DNA of 64,000 nucleotides from Fusobacterium paranimalis (GTDB taxonomy: Bacteria > Fusobacteriota > Fusobacteriia > Fusobacteriales > Fusobacteriaceae). The translations under genes and the position numbers were made by a program. The stretch covers positions 767,389 to 831,388 of the forward strand of contig OZ256152.1 in assembly GCA_965278035.1 (NCBI GenBank), in the 5' to 3' direction. Below are positions 59,479-64,000 of the stretch, piece by piece (within the stretch, counting starts at the first letter, position 1; every line of letters begins with the position of its first letter). The notes below the pieces were generated by a model. It searched no databases. It saw only the letters and a program-made list of their open reading frames with translations, and was not told the origin of the DNA.

Positions 59479-59973
59479 CTATTTTTTATATACATAAGCT
59501 ACAAATTCTTTATAATCTTTTTTATCTACTATTTTATATCCATAATCTTCAATATTTGGAAAATATAGCGGCTCAACTGCTTTTTTAACTTCTACACTAT
59601 CTTTTATTTTCGAAAGAAAAATTTCATCAATTTCAAAATTATCTAAAAAATATTTATATATACTATATCCTCCAGCAATGAAAATAGTCTTGTTTTGTAA
59701 AGTTAAATCTTCAATTAACTTAGGTATATCCATATTTCTATGAAGAACTATAACTTCTCTATTTTTTTTCATAAGCTCAACAGGAACATATTTTGCGGTA
59801 GTTCCTCCAAATAAAACTGTATTCCCAATAGTTTTACTTTTAAAATAAATAAGCTCTTCTTTTATATGCCATAACATACCATTACTATTTTCATCAGGAG
59901 TTCTATCTCCAATTAGATTATTTTTTTCAACACAAACTATTAACTTTAAGTTTTTATAGTATTTTTTTTCCAT
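59479..59973 (-). CDS. folA: Dihydrofolate reductase
   Basis: 164 aa. Motifs LIVCVEKNNLIG and LWHIKEEL...GNTVLFGGTTA. Confidence 0.85.
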   Translation of the reverse strand: MEKKYYKNLKLIVCVEKNNLIGDRTPDENSNGMLWHIKEELIYFKSKTIGNTVLFGGTTAKYVPVELMKKNREVIVLHRNMDIPKLIEDLTLQNKTIFIAGGYSIYKYFLDNFEIDEIFLSKIKDSVEVKKAVEPLYFPNIEDYGYKIVDKKDYKEFVAYVYKK

Positions 59974-60800
59974 TAAATAGCCACCTCATAGCTAACTTTT
60001 TCTCCATACTTATAATCTAATATTTCTATATCATCAGGTTTAAAATCAAATATTGATTTAAAATTATTTATTTTTATTTTTGCAGGCTCAAATGTTTCTC
60101 TATTAACTTGCTCTATTAATTTATCATAATGTCTATCATAAATGTGCATATTATGAATATTCCAAATTATTTCTGCTGGTTCAAGTTCACATTCAAGTGC
60201 TACTAATTTATGTAAAACTGAATATTGAAATACATTAGCAACTAAGCCCAATGCTACATCACAGCTTCTTTGTCTAACTTCTAAATATAATTTATTCCCA
60301 ATTACTGACCATTGTGTTAAATGTACACAAGGTGTCAATGCCATTTCTGAAAGCTCATTAGGTATCCAAATTTCTGTCATAATTCTTCTGCTATTAGGAT
60401 TATTTTTAAGCTCATTTATAACATAATGAAGTTGAGATTTTTGCCCAAAAGTTTCTTGTGCTATTTGATAGCCATAAGCCTTTCCAATAGTACCATCTTT
60501 CTGTTTCCATTCATCCCAAAATTTACAACCTAATTTATCTAAAACATCTACATTATTTGATTGTAGTATCCATATCCAATATAGTTCTCTTATTGGTGCT
60601 TTACTTGGTGCAAATCTTGAAGTTATTAGATGTGCTTCATCATCTGAGTTATTAAGTCTAAATTGATAACCTATATAGCTTTTATAATGTGCAGCTGTAC
60701 CATCTGCATACTTTGTTCTGACATTTCCTTTACTCCAAATTCCTTTTTCTGCTATTGTATCAACTATATCTTTATATATTTTGTCAAATTTAGCTCCCAT
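59973..60800 (-). CDS. thyA: Thymidylate synthase
   Basis: 275 aa. Conserved active-site region (...LTPCVHLTQW...) and RSCD motif. The stop overlaps the folA start. Confidence 0.9.
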   Translation of the reverse strand: MGAKFDKIYKDIVDTIAEKGIWSKGNVRTKYADGTAAHYKSYIGYQFRLNNSDDEAHLITSRFAPSKAPIRELYWIWILQSNNVDVLDKLGCKFWDEWKQKDGTIGKAYGYQIAQETFGQKSQLHYVINELKNNPNSRRIMTEIWIPNELSEMALTPCVHLTQWSVIGNKLYLEVRQRSCDVALGLVANVFQYSVLHKLVALECELEPAEIIWNIHNMHIYDRHYDKLIEQVNRETFEPAKIKINNFKSIFDFKPDDIEILDYKYGEKVSYEVAI

Positions 60801-60849
60801 TTCTCTTCTCCTATTTTTCCAATTTTATATTATTATACCACATAAGTAT

Positions 60850-61203
60850 CTAAAAATAAGGTAATTTTTGGGAAGTTACTTTGATAGCTAAATACATTAC
60901 ATAGAAATCAACAAACAAAAAGATAAAATTAATTATAAAATTTTTTATATCTATTTTCTTTTTATAGAAATCATAAATTAAAATTATAAAATATATTAAA
61001 GATAATAAAATAGTTGGTATTTTTAGAGAAGTCAGCATAATAAAAGCAAAGAGAAACACTGTTATTTCTAAAATTTTTAATAACCTCACATATTTAAAAT
61101 TTTCTATTTTAAAAAATAATCTTAAAATACAGATTTCAAAAAATGTAAATAATCCCCCTATTGTTACCATCAATATAAGAACTGTAAAAAAGAATGCTAT
61201 CAT
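60850..61203 (-). CDS. Small 4-TM membrane protein, paralog 1 of 5 (tandem array)
   Basis: Shares FE(I/V) in TM1, the KY..LLKILE loop motif and IYDF(Y/W)KKK...FID...MYL with four neighbours. A GAGGTG Shine-Dalgarno sequence is present. Confidence 0.5.
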   Translation of the reverse strand: MIAFFFTVLILMVTIGGLFTFFEICILRLFFKIENFKYVRLLKILEITVFLFAFIMLTSLKIPTILLSLIYFIILIYDFYKKKIDIKNFIINFIFLFVDFYVMYLAIKVTSQKLPYF

Positions 61204-61221
61204 TTTATCACCTCATAATAT

Positions 61222-61593
61222 TTAAATACTTGGAAGATTACTCAAAATTAATATCATTACCAAATACATTAATGCTATGTCAATAAGAAAAAATACAAAA
61301 TTTACCATAATTTCTTTCCTATTATTTTTTTTATAAATAAAATCAACAATAAAATAGAAAAAGCATGAAGGTATAAAAAATATTAAAATAACATAAAAGA
61401 ATTTAAATAGTGAAATTTCAAGAAATAAAAAATTAATTATGACTAAGAAATAAATTATTTCAGCTATTTTTAATAGTATTATATATTTAAAATTTTTTGT
61501 TTTAAACATAGCTTTTAAAATAGATATTTCTAAAATTGTAATCAGTATAACTAATATAAATGGTATTAAAGTAAATTCAATTAAAAAATTCAT
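61222..61593 (-). CDS. Small 4-TM membrane protein, paralog 2 of 5
   Basis: Same family. The ATG at 61593 follows a GAGGAG Shine-Dalgarno sequence. The track start is at GTG 61599. Confidence 0.5.
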   Translation of the reverse strand: MNFLIEFTLIPFILVILITILEISILKAMFKTKNFKYIILLKIAEIIYFLVIINFLFLEISLFKFFYVILIFFIPSCFFYFIVDFIYKKNNRKEIMVNFVFFLIDIALMYLVMILILSNLPSI

Positions 61594-61699
61594 GTCCACT
61601 CCTCTCTAATAGAACAATAGTAATTTAATACATTTTCAAAATAAAACATTATTAACAAAGCCAAAATTATCAACAGAATCTCAATAAAGTATATAATTT

Positions 61700-62077
61700 T
61701 TAAACATATGAACCAAAAAATAAAAAAGCTATATTTAAAGATAAATACATCAATACTACATTGATAAAGAAATATAAAAAATAAATTATAAAATCTTTTT
61801 TAGTAATTTTCTTTTTCCAAAAATCATATATTAAAATTCCAAAGTATATCATTATGAAAAGTGAATAAATCAAATAAGAAAAAACTTTTGTCCCTATATG
61901 TAAATAAAAATCTATTGAAATAATTATTAAAATAACATAAAATAACTCTAAAAATTTTAATAATTTTATATATTTAAAAGTACTGGCTTTCATACTATTA
62001 ATAACAATTACTTCAAAAATAGTCAATATAGCCCAAAAAATAAATAATTTTAAAAATAAAAAAACTAAAATATTCAT
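61700..62077 (-). CDS. Small 4-TM membrane protein, paralog 3 of 5
   Basis: Same family. A GGGGG Shine-Dalgarno sequence precedes the ATG. Confidence 0.5.
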   Translation of the reverse strand: MNILVFLFLKLFIFWAILTIFEVIVINSMKASTFKYIKLLKFLELFYVILIIISIDFYLHIGTKVFSYLIYSLFIMIYFGILIYDFWKKKITKKDFIIYFLYFFINVVLMYLSLNIAFLFFGSYV

Positions 62078-62164
62078 TAATCCCCCTTGTTACTAAAATC
62101 CCAAAATTATTTGAGCATTTACTAATATAGATAAAAACATAACTGTTTTTTACCTCATATATAT

Positions 62165-62503
62165 TTAAACACTTGGAAATCCACTAAAAATTAATAATAT
62201 TGTAAAAATTATTAATAATATATCAATAAAATAAAATAATGAATTAATTATAAGTTCTTCTTTACTTATAATTTTTTTCTTAAAATCAGAGATTAAAACT
62301 AAAAAATATATAAAAGTTAAAGCAACAAATAAATTTTTATCAATAAATATCATCAAAAAGAATAAAATCTCTAAAATTTTTAGTAACTTCATATATTTAT
62401 TAGACTTTACATCAAAGAATATTTTTATTAAAGCTACTTCAAAAATTGAAAATATCCCTGATATAACAAGAAATAAAAAAATAAGTCCAAATAATAAATC
62501 CAT
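62165..62503 (-). CDS. Small 4-TM membrane protein, paralog 4 of 5
   Basis: Same family. A GGGAG Shine-Dalgarno sequence is present. Confidence 0.5.
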   Translation of the reverse strand: MDLLFGLIFLFLVISGIFSIFEVALIKIFFDVKSNKYMKLLKILEILFFLMIFIDKNLFVALTFIYFLVLISDFKKKIISKEELIINSLFYFIDILLIIFTILLIFSGFPSV

Positions 62504-62658
62504 ATTTACTCCCTATTACTATAACAATATTAATTTATATAGTTAAAAACATTCCCTCTTATTCTGTTCATAATAATTATTTCAAAAAAGATTAATATAC
62601 TCTAAAAGAAGAATAATATTAATAAAAATCCTAAAATATTCATTTATTCTCTTATCTT

Positions 62659-63024
62659 TTAGATTGGAAAAATCAATAATATGCTTACAATCACTAAGCT
62701 AATATCTATGAAACAAAGCATACAGTTTACTATAAATTCTCTTATATTTATCTTTTTTCTGAAAAACTCAATAATCAAGATTATAATATATAAAAAACAT
62801 AAAAAACAAAACACTGGAAATACTGTTTTGAGTATTTGTCTAGGTCCACTTGCAATAATTAGAGTGACAAAAGGTGTCATAACTTCTAATACTCTTAATA
62901 ATATTACATATTTTGTATTTTTTAATTCTAAGACTTCCTTAATAATAGATATTTCAAAAATAGTAAACCATATAGCTGAAACAAATAAGAACACAAAAAA
63001 TGCTAAGAAAGATAATGGTGACAT
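62659..63024 (-). CDS. Small 4-TM membrane protein, paralog 5 of 5
   Basis: Same family. The internal ATG at 63024 has an AAGGAG Shine-Dalgarno sequence and gives 121 aa like the others. The track start is at 63060. Confidence 0.45.
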   Translation of the reverse strand: MSPLSFLAFFVFLFVSAIWFTIFEISIIKEVLELKNTKYVILLRVLEVMTPFVTLIIASGPRQILKTVFPVFCFLCFLYIIILIIEFFRKKINIREFIVNCMLCFIDISLVIVSILLIFPI

Positions 63025-63357
63025 CTCTTCTCCTTTCAAATTAATTATAAAAGTACTCATAATCTTTAAAGCCTTAAAGTAAATAGAAAACTAAATCTCC
63101 CACAATTAGGTACTTCTTCATTTTAACAAATTAAGGAGCTCTGTCAAGTGTTGTGAGGCTCTAAAATCTTTAAAAATATTCAAAAATTTTCTAAGAAGTT
63201 TGGTGGTTTACACAATTTTCTTTGACATATAGTATATCATATTTTTTTCTATGAAATTATAAGAAAAAATAATTGAATAAAAATAAAAAAGACTAATATA
63301 GAAAAATTAAATTTTCATATATTAATCTTTTCTTTAAAAATTAATTATGCACTAGTC

Positions 63358-64000
63358 TTAGAATATAACTCTAAGTCCTAAACCTCCTCTTAGGTTTTCT
63401 CCCTTAGTATCATACCCTACATTTGCAGTTACCCCAACTCTTGTGTTATCTAATCCAACGTTTAAGTCAAATTTTACATTGCCTTTTCTGTCTTCTTTTT
63501 CTCCTCTTATATTAAAGTAATCTGCTGTTGTATCTACTACTCTTGCTTTATTCTTTCCTTTTGCTACTCTTCCTAGCTCATTTTCATAAGCTACCCCTAA
63601 TGTTGTTCTTAATGCTTTCATTCCAAAGTAGTGTTTGAAACCTAGTTCTGCCCCTATTTCTGGTTTTACTGAGAAATAATGATTTTGTTTTACTTCTAAT
63701 TTTATTTCTCCTGATTTTTCTCTTATCTTACTTACTCTTCCATATTCTAGTTTTAATGCTGCATAAGGTCTTAATGTGAAGCCTTCACTTAATCTGAATT
63801 CTTTTCCTATTTCATTTTTAACCCCTATTCCATAAGTATAGTATCTTGATTTTGCATTAAAGATATCATCTACTACTAAGAATTTTCTATGCATTCTGTT
63901 ACGTCCTACAAAGATATCTCCTGATATTGTCCAATTCAAGCTATTATTATCATCAAATGGCACTGATTTTAATAACCCTACTTTCGCTTGTAACATTTGT
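63358..64000 (-). CDS. C-terminal part of an autotransporter-type outer-membrane beta-barrel protein (N-terminus beyond the window end)
   Basis: Amphipathic beta-strands ending ...RGGLGLRVIF with a terminal aromatic residue. The ORF is open at the window edge. Confidence 0.45.
   Translation of the reverse strand, partial: QMLQAKVGLLKSVPFDDNNSLNWTISGDIFVGRNRMHRKFLVVDDIFNAKSRYYTYGIGVKNEIGKEFRLSEGFTLRPYAALKLEYGRVSKIREKSGEIKLEVKQNHYFSVKPEIGAELGFKHYFGMKALRTTLGVAYENELGRVAKGKNKARVVDTTADYFNIRGEKEDRKGNVKFDLNVGLDNTRVGVTANVGYDTKGENLRGGLGLRVIF

Noticed and set aside
31923-63082. Other antisense ORFs (31923..32207, 33847..34038, 36983..37710, 38688..38960, 39277..39492, 40244..41227, 42075..42257, 44875..45234, 46373..46624, 48189..48521, 49138..52288, 52883..53113, 54391..55689, 56669..57037, 58088..58348, 59406..59588, 60663..60845, 62681..63082)
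   Set aside because: They are embedded in or opposite to well-supported genes and lack ribosome-binding sites or recognisable motifs.
1-64000. CRISPR arrays, rRNA genes, IS elements or transposases
   Set aside because: No regularly spaced direct repeats, no rRNA-like conserved stretches and no transposase-like ORFs were seen. The only recombinase is the ICE tyrosine integrase.

Overview
This is a low-GC window that looks Fusobacterium-like. The basis is composition and gene content (hydroxyglutarate-pathway glutamate fermentation genes, a BspA-type LRR protein, an autotransporter beta-domain); this is inference, not a database hit. Reading left to right: (1) 1-9.4 kb holds an outer-membrane beta-barrel gene, a FecBCD-type ABC importer, a MATE exporter, a nicotianamine-synthase-like gene (CntL-like), an opine-dehydrogenase-like gene (CntM-like) and metK. 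Together these look like a nicotianamine-like (opine-type) metallophore locus with non-canonical transport genes. (2) 9.8-11.9 kb carries a translationally coupled EamA/DMT transporter and lysine/ornithine N-hydroxylase pair, convergent on that locus. (3) About 12.3-33.9 kb is an integrative conjugative element. It has a VirB/VirD4-type type IV secretion system (T4SS), a primase, ParA, an XRE regulator, a Dam-like methyltransferase, a YhcG-like PD-(D/E)xK nuclease, an SPFH protein, an excisionase and a tyrosine integrase. It abuts tRNA-Leu(CAA). Two families of palindromic operator-like motifs recur in its promoters. No relaxase is visible. (4) A minus-strand tRNA cluster follows: tRNA-Leu(CAA), a truncated tRNA-Leu 5' fragment, tRNA-Arg(ACG) and tRNA-Arg(TCG). 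A pxpC pseudogene fragment sits next to it. (5) 35.1-45.1 kb is a contiguous glutamate-fermentation supercluster (gcdDCB-gctAB-gcdA-hgdCAB plus a cytoplasmic LRR gene), with a PRD-type regulator upstream. (6) Next come a class I SAM methyltransferase, a PadR regulator and a Nik/Opp-family ABC importer with a fused double ATPase. (7) copZ-copA, cca, trkA and folA-thyA follow. (8) The window ends with five tandem paralogous genes for small four-helix membrane proteins, directly downstream of the C-terminal part of an autotransporter beta-barrel gene that runs off the window edge. No rRNA, CRISPR array or transposase was seen. The ORF track calls M at GTG/TTG starts, so a few starts were moved to the nearest ATG that has a Shine-Dalgarno sequence.
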